This document shows positions 11,077 to 23,383 of a stretch of DNA of 31,966 bases, piece by piece. The stretch spans positions 104,784,937 to 104,816,902 of the forward strand of contig NC_057717.1 in NCBI RefSeq assembly GCF_004010195.1, given 5' to 3'. This DNA comes from Chiloscyllium plagiosum. Lineage: Eukaryota. The position numbers and the translations under genes are program-made. The notes under the pieces are model-generated. The model did no database searches, had not been told where the DNA came from, and saw only the letters and a program-made list of their open reading frames with translations. Each line of letters opens with the position of its first letter. Position 1 is the stretch's first letter.

Positions 11077-11386
11077 GGGCGGCATGGTGGCACAGTGGTT
11101 AGCACTGCTGCCTCACAGCGCCAGAGACCCGGGTTCAATTCCCGCCTCAGGCGACTGACTGTGTGGAGTTTGCACGTTCTCCCCGTGTCTGCATGGGTTT
11201 CCTCTGGGTGCTCCGGTTTCCTCCCACAGTCCAAAGATGTGCAGGTCAGGTAAATTGGCCATGCTAAATTGCCCGTAGTGTTAGGTAAGGGGTAAATGTA
11301 GGGGTATGGGTGGGTTGCGCTTCGGCGGGGCGGTGTGGACTTGTTGGGCTGAAGAGCCTGTTTCCACACTGTAATGTGATCTAATC
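11077..11386 (+). mobile_element. HE1-type SINE, full length, relatively young
   Basis: A box 11088-11098, B box 11132-11142, many CpGs retained, LINE-derived tail. Confidence 0.93.
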
Positions 11387-11389
11387 ACT

Positions 11390-14143
11390 GTGATAAAAGT
11401 ACAGCACAGGAACCGGCCCTTCAGCCCACAATATTGGGACCAACATAATGCCAAATGAAATTAATCCTACCTGCGTGCTTTTGGTCCATATCCCTCCATT
11501 CTTTGCATATTCATGTGCTTATTTAAAAATCTCTTAAATACCTGTATCATATCAACCTCCACTATTATCCCGGCATTTCAGACTCCTACCATTCTGTGTA
11601 AAAAATGTCTCCTTTGAACTTTCCCCATCTCAAGATTCTGATCATCAACCTTATCTATGCACCTCATAATGTTATAGATTTCTATTAAGTCTCCCCTCAG
11701 CATCCACCACTCCAGAGAAAACAATCTGAGTTTTTCTAACTTCTCCTTTTAGCTCATTCCCTCTAATCCAGGCAGCATCCTGGTAAACCTCTTCTGCAGC
11801 TTTTCCAAAGCCTCCACGTCCTTTCTGTAATGTGGTGAGAGAATTTAATGCAATTCTCTAAGTGTGGCCTAACCAAAGTCTTATAAAGGTGCAATGTGAC
11901 AGCCTGACTCTTGTACTCAATTCCCTGACCAATAAAGGCAAGCATACGTTTTATTTACCACCCTATCTACTTACGTGGCCATGTTCAGGGAGCTATGACC
12001 TTGAACCCCAAGACCCTTCTGTACATCAGGGTCAGGGTCCTGCCATTAACTGTCCTCTTTTCCATGACATTTGATCTCTCAAAGTGCAGCACCTCACACT
12101 TGCCGGGATTAAACTCCATCTGCCAATTTTGCGCCCATATCTGCAACTGATATATATCCTGCTGTACCCTTTGATAACCTTCTACACTATCCACAACTCC
12201 ACTGATCTTTGTATTGTCTGCAAATGTACTATCTCACCCAGCTACTTTTTCATCTAAGTCATTTATATATATCACAAACAGTAGAGGTCCCAGCATGGAT
12301 CCCTGCGGAATGTCACTTGTCATGGATCTCCAGCCTGAAATATACCCTTCCACCACTACCCTCTGTTTTCTATGGGCAAGCCAATTCTGAATCCACGTGG
12401 CCAAGTCACCATGGATCCCATGCATCTTAATCTTTTGGATGAGTCTACCATGAGGGACCTTGTCGAAAGCCTTACTGAAATGCATTTAAACGACATCCAC
12501 TGGTCTATCCTCATTGATCAACTTTGTTGCCTCCTCGAAAAATTCAATCAATGAGTAAAACATGAACTGTCCTGCACAAAGCTATGCTGATTGTCCCTAA
12601 TTAGGCCATGCTTTTTCAAATGTGTGTAAATTCTATCCCTAAAAATTCTCTCCAATAGCTTCCCAAACACCGATGTGAGACTCACAGGTCTATAGTATCC
12701 CAGATTTTCCCTATTGCCCTTCTTGAACAGAGGAACAACATTGGCCACTCGCCAGTCCTGTAGGACCTCTCCATTAGCTAACGAAGATACAAAGATCTTT
12801 GTCAAGGACCCAGCAATTTCCTGTCTTACCTCTCTTAGTAAGCTGGGGTAGATACCTTTGGCCCCGGAAAGTTATCCGCCTTAATGCTCTTCAAGAGATC
12901 CAACACTGCTTCTTTCTAGATCTCAAAATGCCTTGAAGTGTTAGTGCTCCACACAAGTCTCACTATCCTTCATATTCTTCTCCTGGGTGATACTGATGCA
13001 AACTATTAATTTAGGATCTCACCCACATCCTCTGTCTCCAAGCACAAGTTCCCTCCTTTATCGCTGAGTGGTCCTACTTCTCCCAGTTATCCTCTTGTTT
13101 TTAATGTATCTACAGAATGCCTTGGAATTATCTTTCACCCTACTTGCCAAGATCATTTCATGGCCCATTCTAGCTCTCGTAATTCCCTATTTGAATTCTT
13201 TCCTGCTTTCTTTATATTCCTCACCTACCCTGTTCGATTTCAGCTTCCTAAACCTTACATATAGGTAGCTCTCCTGTAACATGGTGTGTGTTCCCATGCA
13301 ATGGCGTTGTATAGAAAATACAAGTAATAGCAATAGAAGTAAGAGGCCTCTGGGAAAAAGAGTTAGGGACTCTAGTTTAGCAAACCTGTCCATTTCTGGT
13401 CAGTCACAGAAATGCCAAGTTGTTACAAGCAAAATTTCCCAATGTATTATTGTATTCCCGGCTCCTTGTGCAGTGGAGTTTATCCAGAACCATTCCACAC
13501 CCAAACACCCTCTCTTGTAAAGTGCTGAAGCTGCAGATAGCCAGCAACTGAGCCTTTGCTTAACAAAAGGCCTTGCTTATGCTCCATTACTCGATGCACC
13601 TTTTTACACCCCCTATCTCCTTCTCTCTTCCTGCTCCTCAGCCCCCACCCCCCAACTCAATGCATGATCCCAGAAGGCATTCCAGCAAAATATTCCAACG
13701 TTCGTTTTCCCTACCTTAGTTGCAGATAGAAGCAAAGAAATATACACACATACACACGCGCGCGACACAACAGCCAGCTGGTAATACAGGTGATGGAATT
13801 GCATAACAGCGATTGGTCTGCAATTCACGAATTGCGTTACTGCCAAATCACGTTTACAAAATGCGCATTATAGGAGAACTATCTAAACGCTTCTTTTTTC
13901 TTTTGACTAAATTTAAAACCTCCCTGGTTATCCAAGAGTCCTTTCCCTTGCCATCCTTGACCTTCCTCCTCACTTGAACATGCCGGTCTTGAACTCTCAT
14001 CAACAGGTCTTTAAACAATTCCCATATGTCAAATGTGGACTTGCCTGATAACGACTCCTCCCAATTAACACTCCCTAGCTCCTGCCTAATACTGACATAA
14101 TTTGCCTTCCCCCAATTTAGTACCTTCCCACAAAGTCCAGCCA
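11390..14143 (-). mobile_element. CR1/HER1-like LINE ORF2 remnant
   Basis: [65 protein letters not shown] and LYKTLVRPHLE in order, with stops and frameshifts; 3' tail at about 11390-11430. Confidence 0.93.
13262..13885. mobile_element. Non-autonomous Tigger/TcMar-like DNA transposon inserted in the LINE
   Basis: Imperfect TIRs taggtagctctcctgtaac and attataggagaactatcta, preceded by TA; the LINE joins across it (ccttacata|..cgcttctttt). Confidence 0.7.
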
Positions 14144-14759
14144 ACTAAACTAACAAAGAGCAGAGTCCGTCATGGATTAACGGCGATGAATAGATATTTA
14201 ACAACCAGTAATCTTTCACAAAGCAAAAGGATTATGAAGAACACGTAAAGTAAGAACAAATCTTAATTTATATACATTTCAAAACATCAAGATGTTCCAA
14301 AACAATTCAAAGCCAACAAAGTATTTCTGAAATGATAACTGTAATGCAGGGAGATATGGCAACCAATTTGGACACAACAAAGTTTTAATCCATCTTTCAA
14401 TATTATCCAAGTCCAGGGAGCAAAAGTAATTCTTCCCCTGGCAAACCATTAAAAATGTAATTGCTTAAACAATTAAATTACTGGAAATTTTAATTCTTGC
14501 TACATGGTGGACTCTATTACATCTCTTATCACCCTCCAATACACATCAGCCTCTACTCAAGATGTGGAATGGCAAGTGACTGATCTGGAGGTTTCTCCAA
14601 CTTCCTGAAAGGTATAAAACAGCAGCTCAGAGGATGTTTTTATTTATTCACAGGGTACAGGTATTGCTAGTTAGGCCAGCATTTATTGCCCATCACTTGT
14701 AGCCCTTGAAAAATAAATCCTCTTCACATGTTTAATAGCTGTTGATCCTTCAATGTGTT

Positions 14760-14976
14760 CATGATTTGGAGATGCCGGTGTTTGACTGGGGTGTACAAAG
14801 TTAAAAATCACACAACACCAGGTTATAGTCCAACAGGTTTAATTGAAAGCACACTAGCTTTCGGAGCGCTGCTCCTTCATCAGGTGACCATCACCTGAAA
14901 GCTAGCGCTCCGAAAGCTAGTGTGCTTCTAATTAAACCTGTTGGACGATAACCTGGTGTTGTGTGATTTTTAACTT
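14760..14976. mobile_element. Palindromic Penelope-derived non-autonomous element
   Basis: Inverted arms 14798-14887 and 14891-14976; TSD cttcaatgtgtt (14748-14759) and cttcaaagtgtt (14974-14985). Confidence 0.85.
14852..14886 (-). ncRNA. Minimal hammerhead ribozyme, intact core
   Basis: CAC-CTGATGA-A-GGAGC AGC GCTCC-GAAAG-CTA-GTG: stem I CAC/GTG, 5-bp stem II, palindromic AGCT stem III, CUA cleavage triplet. Confidence 0.8.
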
Positions 14977-15045
14977 CAAAGTGTTGTTATTCAGGGTATA
15001 AGACACTGCACCCACTATTTTACAGCATGATATACTGGTGTTCTA

Positions 15046-15231
<186 letters not shown>

Positions 15232-15536
15232 CTAGATGGAAATAGTAATCAAATGAGAAAAAGTCACAACATTTGTCAAAACTGACAAGAATTAAACATC
15301 ATTATGTGTAACCATATTTTGTACAAGTTTAGCAAGATTTCCTATCAGCCTTTGTCTTTTTTACTTTTGAGATCTCACTAGAAGTACAAGTTTTCTCAAC
15401 ATGTTTATTATAAAATTTTACATGGCCATACAGTAGTTATTTCACATTCCTAACAATCCTGTAATGCTGTGTTTGTGTCCAAATAATGGAGGAAAGAAAT
15501 TGTGTACTGAAGACAGTCCAATTGAATTTGCATTAC

Positions 15537-15633
15537 CTTGAGCTTAGGCAGCCGTTTGATAGTTTTAAGGGGTCGTAGCACTCGAAGTACTCTCAGAGAT
15601 TTGATGGTGTTCAGATCTTTCCCTTTGCTCCCA
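15537..15633 (-). CDS. CACNA1B: Cav2 alpha-1 exon, IIIS3-S4 loop and IIIS4 voltage sensor (97 nt, phase 2 to 0)
   Basis: ttattgctag|T GGG AGC...CTC AAG|gtaatg; [38 protein letters not shown] fits CACNA1B rather than CACNA1A (GNSKGKD). Confidence 0.96.
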
Positions 15634-17019
15634 CTAGCAATAAAATAAAAAAAATCATAAAATAAGACAATACTAGATTGGAACTTTGGGTAAATATGGT
15701 TGTTTATGTACAACTGTTCCTTTCTTAAACATTTAAAAACTCACCTTATTTCAGGAACATTACCAAACAGGATCTCATATTTATTAGAGTAAATATAGTC
15801 ACCTCGAATGACGACCTCGGCAAACATATCAATTGTGCAACCTTTTCTCACTATTTTCAGGGTCAATTGTAATTTACAGTATTTTATCATTCTCTTTCTA
15901 TTATTTTAATTGTGTTTCAGTGCAAAAATGAACTGATCTAAGAAAAGCAGGCAGCTTTAGATGTTTAAGTTTATTGAAAGACAATGATAGTCTCCATCAA
16001 AAGTAAGCCATTGCGTGTCAGTTGGCGACATGCTGCAATCTTTCAATTAGTTAAAGCACTGCTAAACACATTTCTCAAACTACTCACAGAACAAAACCTG
16101 ACCACGATCATCAAATATCCTAAAATGTGAAAAAATGCAATAACTAAACCAGGATGGAAACATCTCATTCAACAACAGCAATAGTTTGTTTCATAAAGCT
16201 CCTGTGAAGCACATTGAACTGCTATCTAAGTATGAATAATTTTTGTTGTTATCTTATCCCAGTTAAGGGTACTGAATGTGTTTTGCAGTTATTTTCCATA
16301 CTACTGTAAATCATTATTTGTCACACAATACGTAATACTGAAAATTATGTTGGAATGTTTGTACGTGGAGGTAAAAGCCTTGACATTCCAATTATATTTC
16401 ACACCATAAAGCCAATAGTAAACATTTAGGAAATGGATTAGTCATTGGTACACACATTAATTACTGTGAATTATAAGTCCAGTTGTTCAATTGGGTATCT
16501 TGAATCTAAAAGGGTAGAAGATTCATGTCCTCCAAGAGTTTCTTTGTCAGTAATGTTAATTAAACCACAAAGAGAAAGTGAAACAATGTTTAAATACAAA
16601 CTCTGAAACAGAAAAATTGGAAGACTAAGCCCTTTCTTTTGCATCTTGCTGATCTAAATGAGGCATGTCAATACTAGGAAATGAAACAACAATTTAAAAC
16701 CTAATTAGTTTTATATTCATTAGTATGTCTCATCCCCAAGCTGAAAATAAGCCCCCTATTTTCCACAAGTGAGACATTTTTAATTTCTAGAACCAAATAT
16801 CCACTGGTCTTTTTAAGTGAACTTGTCAACTTACATCCAGTTCAGGCCACCACATTTTTCAGGTTCAAGAAATGACTCATTGTTTGAATTCTAATGTTTC
16901 ATTATAAGATAAAAATGAATGCAAAATGCCATAATGCTTTGCGTTAATGAACGTTTTCCTTTGTCTGATAGTGGGCATCAGTGGGCTCCACCCACAGGCT
17001 TGGGTTCTACCCTAAATGT

Positions 17020-17345
17020 CCTTGTATTGAGTGTATTGTTAAGGCTGTTTCAAAGGACAGTAAAGTGTTAGCCAATTTGCTGTAGGTCTGGAGTCAAATG
17101 TAGGGCAGATCAAGTAAAGACAACAGATTTCCATCCCAAAAGATCTTTTGTGAACTACATTGGTTTTTACAACAATTTATAGACTCATGATTACCATTAC
17201 TGAGACTAGCCTTCAATCTCAGATTTTATTTAAATTTAATGATGAATTTAATACTTAAAACTGAATTGAAATTCTTTCAGCTATGGTATTAACCTAGGCC
17301 TCTAGATACAAATCCAGTGACATTGCTACTTTACCGCCATCTTTC
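17020..17345 (-). mobile_element. Old SacSINE1/DeuSINE-like element
   Basis: gctgtaggtctggagtcaaatgtagg...ggtttttacaacaat...attactgagactagc...aatccagtgacattgctact; recognised by pattern only. Confidence 0.5.
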
Positions 17346-18435
17346 TTAGTCTCACACCCTCTAAATTGAGAAGGGACACCAGTGTGAATTTAATAGTAAT
17401 TTTATACAAACAACATGTGGGGGTACAGGGAAAAGGCAGAAGAACGGCACTAAGTTGTAACACTCATTGGATAGCAGTGCAGACACAATGGGCCGAACAA
17501 TCTCCTCCTGCACAAAATGCTGTGGTGATTCTTCTGTAATACATTTGATACCTATTTCTTGTGGGAAATTTTTCTGGACTTGAGTCATTCAGATTTTTAT
17601 GTAAATCAAGTACAGATACAGCCTGACCAATATTAACCATTAAACCATTAAACCTTCCTTCATTCATTCTTCTTAGGTCTAATTTGCTAAACATAGGGTT
17701 TCTACCAAATTGTGAGGTTCTTTTTAGCATAAATTTTATGTATTTCTATATATACACAATAATGTGTAACCCATAGCTGTGTACTGCTGAACTACTTGCA
17801 GCAAATTGACATTTTTGAAGACCTGGATATATCTAATCATCAGAAAGGTATTGTATTTCATGAACATAATTTCTCAAATTCAATTTCAGTGCTGAGGTAT
17901 TGAATCTCACCAACCTAAATTAACAGACCAAGTGACATTATTCAGCCCTAATGTCTGAATTCACATTTGTATTGTATTAAAACTGCACCTTATATCCAAA
18001 TGAAGATGTAGCTGGAGCCAGATTCTGCAAGGAGGTCCAATAGTGTGAGATGCTTTTAAAAAATATATTCATACATTTATGGAAAAAGGTTTTATTGTTG
18101 AGCCAATGCAAAATAGGTCAGCTCATCATTGAAAGTAAAATAAACTGGTCTATTTGTGCATAAAATATATTGTAGGCTACTCAGTTCAAAACTGGATATG
18201 TGGTCACTTTACTGTAGTTACATTATTTATGAAGTCAGCCTCAGCACTATCTGTTACAATGGCATACCCTGCACCAAGCAGAACTGCAACATAATCACTT
18301 ACCAAAAAGCACAGATATACATATATAAATAGATATAAAATTGAGAATGAGAGAAATATGAAGAGATATACAGAGAAGAATAGAACACAATGCAAATTTG
18401 CTGACTATTATAAAGAGAAAGAGCAGAAATATTAC

Positions 18436-18447
18436 CCCATAAGGCTC
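18436..18447 (-). CDS. CACNA1B: 12-nt alternative microexon e24a (inserts SLMG in the IIIS3-S4 loop)
   Basis: cactgac ccttttctcgtctttcttgacttgctggatcag|GAGCCTTATGGG|gtaata; phase 2-2; matches mammalian e24a (SFMG/SFVG) in size, phase, position and peptide. Confidence 0.88.
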
Positions 18448-21400
18448 CTGATCCAGCAAGTCAAGAAAGACGAGAAAAGGGTCAGTGTAAAAAAAAAACA
18501 AAAAAAGCTTTTACACATACTTCAAGTACAGAGGTGAATCAGACTGAGAAAACAGAAAGCACAGTTATAAAAACCTGAAGGACCAATACAGACAATGCAG
18601 TAAATAGGGAAACAGGACACAGGAGACACAAAGCACAGGCCCCAGCAATCATGTCAGCCATGCTACATTAAGTAACTTGGTCAGGAAACAACTTCCCTCA
18701 ATGTATTTATATTATTTTGGATAGGAAACCATTGCACCAGACTGTGTTCATATCACATCTGTGACCAATTACAAGCTGTAAAGTAACTAAAATTATTCAC
18801 TAATGCAAATGATACTCCAACAACACAAGTTCTTATTAGATGCTGCTTAATGTCATCACAGTGTAGATTATAGGAAATGGTGTGACAATGCAATTCAAAG
18901 TATATGAAATTAATTTCTCTGATCTTTTAAGACTTAATGCTTAAGAAAGAAATTGTTTTAATGCAACTTTCAGTGCCTAACATAGACGCAACACAATGAA
19001 CATGTTTTAGTGCTGCTGCAGTGGAGAGCAAAGTCATTTTTATAATACTCATAAGACACTGTGAAGTAAGATTTCCAAATGGTATCATAGTTGAATAGTG
19101 ATCTAATCTAATCTAGTTATTAAATTACAAAAGCTTACAAAATTGATTTCTACAGATAAAACAAAACAGGAATGTTATAAACAACCAATAAATATGGACA
19201 TTTCAATTTCCAGTTGGGGATCTAATTAAAGCTTCTCAAAGAGGCAGATTTTTCATGATCATGAATAAATAAAACAGAAATGCTTGTCCAGTATCCTATT
19301 TCCTGTTTCCCTCTTTTATTCCCCTGCATATTTCCTGAGAACATGCAATCCTCCCTCCAAATTTCCAAGTAGATGCCTGATTTACAGGGTTTCTGACATA
19401 GTGTCTGACTATGGATAAAACATGAAGTTTCAGCTTGGATGCAAACTAAGCCACAGAAAAGTGGCCTTAATGGTTTTATCCCATTCCTCTCTACTCTTCA
19501 GTCTTCTCTGCTGTTTTGCATTCCTCCAGACTGAGCAGACAGTGCTTATCTATTTATCCATCCACCCACTATCATATTCTTAATTGGGAGAAGACACAAG
19601 TTGACAAGAAAAAATATTTCCTATTGGAAACAAAGATTGATCAAAACTTTAGTAAAAATTGCCTCATTGCAAGATAAATTCATCATGACAACCCACACAA
19701 TGAGTGCAGAGGAATAAGAAACAGCAGAAACTTAGTCATAGTTATTAAATGGAAATTAGAAGTGCTGGAGGAATTAGTTCATTTCAAAAGTCAAACTAAA
19801 CTTTATTTAATTTGCCATCAAATTATAAATTTTAAGTTAACCTTTGCCCATCGCACCCCCCCCCCTTCCCGAACAAGTGCCAAGACTATGTTAGTTCACA
19901 TCTTATCCACAGGTCAGCCAGTAAGAGGATGCTATTAATAATGTTTGGATACACATCTACTGGTTAGGAAACACTGAAGAGATTGCCACAATTATTGGTT
20001 ACTGGATTATAATATATACCGTGTATGGAATGGCTTAATATATATTGCAATACTTTTTAATAAGCTTGCAAAAATCCAAGACTGAAACTATTACAACGAA
20101 AATTTATATTTGAAAGTTTTTTTTTGCTTCCCTCTCCGATCCAACATTGAGATAATGTTCCAGAAACACTGATAGCTCTTTGTATTGCATCCAAATGGTC
20201 ATTCTACAGGTGGGATGGTCAGTGTTAACTGTGAAGGGAAATCATCACTGACTGATCCTATTTACATTCAATGCATAGATTGTAGTTGAAGTTAATGAAG
20301 AGTGAGCAGCTAATACTTTTTAGGTTAAGAATACACTAATTGTGTAGACTAATTGTCGTAGCCTTACTGCCACACCAATTCTGTGTTTACCAGGGATGAA
20401 ATCCCATAACCTCCTGATCTGTACAGCATAGTGAGAATTAGATGCATCAATGGGGGAGCCAAAGACAGTATATGTTACATAAAATGTTACTAAGCAGTGA
20501 GTCTGTAACCTAGTCTCAGGGGTTATTTTGTTAATTCAGATCACAAAAGCCCTGGGATCAAGTTACAGATTGCTGTAACATCCTTTTTGTTCTTCCATGT
20601 GTCACAGCCCGTAACCAGAGAGGGTTTAAACAAATGCCTTACCCATTGCAGCACCACAACGCTACTTAAGAAATCATTCAGTTCAAGGATTGCTGATTGT
20701 TTGGTTCATTAAATTTTCTAATCTCTGCATTTCTTTAATCTCTGACATGAGAGACTAAAGAAATGCAGTCAACGTGCTAAACTAACATTTCTGCTGACAA
20801 TTCCATGCCTGACAGAACAAACAACTATTGTCCTCTGATATGACAGAACTTAAATATTAATTCTTGATGTAAATACCATAGTCAAATATACACCAGGAAA
20901 CAGCAATTGCAATTCAAGATAATGGCCTTCATTTTTCCCCTTTCCAATTTCTCTCTTCTTGTGAAAGCATTGACTGATTGCTGGCCAATAGTACCACAGA
21001 CTAGTTAATTTCTGATATCTAGCCCAGTGACTCCCAGGGTCAATTCCCACTTGTTCTAGAAGTGTGTCATAATATAACTATTCTTCTAAGGTAAACCCAG
21101 ATGATGCGTTGACTAGATAGTTTAATCACAGTTGAATCCAATCTGTCCATCCTCAATACCTCACATGCAATTTCTATTTGAAGTCATTGGGTGTAAGTAA
21201 TACAAATGGGAGTTCTGGCTGAGATTCAACTTGCTCTCAAATATATCCCTAATATTTGTAAGGATAAATTCCCAGATGAACATTGGCATATACAGATCAC
21301 AAGACATACTCACTGTTCTAACACCATCCGTATAGTTAGCCAATTAAACAAGAGCATCATAGAAGCACGCACAGTTGGCTTCAGTGTCACTTGGCTGATG

Positions 21401-23335
21401 AGAAGAGATGGTGGTGAGAAGAACTTGAATAGTTATCAAAATTCTAGGTTACTATCCTTCTACTGGAAAATATGTCACAAGGTGTGAACATTCGGTTAAG
21501 GAAGGATCAGGATTATCTGTGATGTATCTGTAGTCAACACTCACTCTCTATTCTCACATAGAAAGGACAGTCACTTCACCCCAATGCTAATCAGATGAGC
21601 CAGCAAAAGTCAGTGCCTTCAGGAAAGAGCAGAAAATTACATGTATAAAAGAAAATTGAGTGAAAATGTGGTTTATAAAGTCTTGTACATAAGAACACAT
21701 TGTATAAAGTAGGCACATGATAGGGAGTGATGGGTGGATATGCAAAAGGAGGGAGTATAAAATCATTACATAGCTAGAAAATCTAATTTGGCAACTTGAA
21801 CTTTGTACAAAAACACACTGAATGTATTTCTTGAGAGAAAAATTGACAGAAGTTGGACTGAAATGGTTATAGGTGGATAGGACAGGATAAAGGTTGTTTT
21901 GAAGGTTGGTTTGGTGGGTTACAATCTCTTGAAAGGTCCTTAAGTAAATGAACCAAACATGACATCAGAAAACATGGTTATAGCTCTGATGTTACTTGAC
22001 ATTCTCTTAAGCAATTACTCATACTGTGCATTTTCCACACAATCACACACAACAATGCAATATAACAAAACCAAAATACAATCAATCTTCCACAAATAGC
22101 CAAAAATTCATCTTTTAAATTGCTTAGAAAAAGAAAGCAGGGTTAACACATCAACTACATTTGACTACTAAAATATACCATGCCACGATCTAAGAAAGCA
22201 ACTCATGACAGAGAATACTCGTCATATGACTAAGATTCCTATTTTATCACTGGATCACTTGAATGATCTCTGTATTGACTGTCATTGTTATATTCTGCAG
22301 TCACAAACAATTGATAACAGGCCAAATTTGTTTGATATCACACCTTCTGAAGATGCTATTCAGCAGTTCAGTATATGGATAGCTGAGGCCTGAGACAATT
22401 CAGTAAAATAATAAAGATAATGTGAATTGTGGTTCGCACAGAGCTTGCAATATCCATAATTATATTCATTAATTGTGACTACAAGTAGAAAAATGAATCT
22501 GATGAAGCCATATAGGCAGAACCTTCTGTGTATAGTTACTGTAATACACAGTAATTAGACAGAGAAGGTTGCGTTTGGCGCCATTTACGTACTTTTATCT
22601 CATTTTTCTTTACACTTACCTCTGCTGAAAGCACTATCTAGGGTAACATTCTAACGGTGCTTGTGAGTCTCTGGTATTTCAACAAAGTGGGTAATATGCA
22701 ATGAAAGTCAGCAGAAACTTTGACCACGGAACAACATTTCAACTGAATCAATCCTTGTAGCGTATCCCAAGCCACGGACTTTCCAAAAGGGACTACTGAA
22801 TAACAATCAAAGAAAGCTTAATTCTGACTCTGCCTTGGTGAAAAGCTAACTCATAAATGTGGCAATGAACTTTGCTGGTTTGTTCAGTAAAATCCCCTCA
22901 GGCTAAGGAAGGTTCCAGATCACCAATTATTAAGAAACATAGCAAATGCACGCAGATTAAGATGCAGACTTTTCACCTTCCTATTGAGTTTCTGCATTGA
23001 GTTAGGATGACTGGGTTCTTCCCCACCTTCAACCCCAGGGAGAACAGCATTTTGCCATGCTTTGTAATGGTTCCAGCAGTTGGTTATATACTTGCACAAT
23101 GAAACCTTTGGATCAGGGCCAAGACCTCAATCCATTTCTGCTACTCGTCAGCAGGAATAATGGGATATGAAGACATACAGAATAGGGAGTATATGAAAGA
23201 TATAAATATGGAGGGGGAAATTGTAAAATTAAAATACTTAATGTCCTCTGAATATCACTTAAATACTAATGAACAATCCGGCTCACAATAAATATCTTTA
23301 ATAAATCCCAGCGCCAGCTGCGTTGGGTGATTTAC

Positions 23336-23383
23336 ATTTCAGAGGACTCCTGATCTGACCCCAACTCCGGCGATGGTGGCTTC
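23336..23383 (-). CDS. Candidate novel cassette exon (24 or 48 nt; KPPSPELG or KPPSPELGSDQESSE+I/M)
   Basis: About 40-nt AG-free pyrimidine tract ending caacag; two donors (GG|gtcaga after 23360, AT|gtaaat after 23336), both phase 2-2 and stop-free; donors only moderate. Confidence 0.45.

Noticed and set aside
11077..11150. tRNA gene (A and B boxes)
   Set aside because: It is the tRNA-derived head of a SINE and continues into the SINE core and tail
18295..18501. Hydrophobic 68-aa minus-strand ORF over the microexon
   Set aside because: Translation of pyrimidine tracts, in a different frame from the microexon
20636..20670. Donor TGG|gtaagg as another microexon
   Set aside because: Nearest acceptors give 19 or 22 nt (frameshift) and lack a pyrimidine tract
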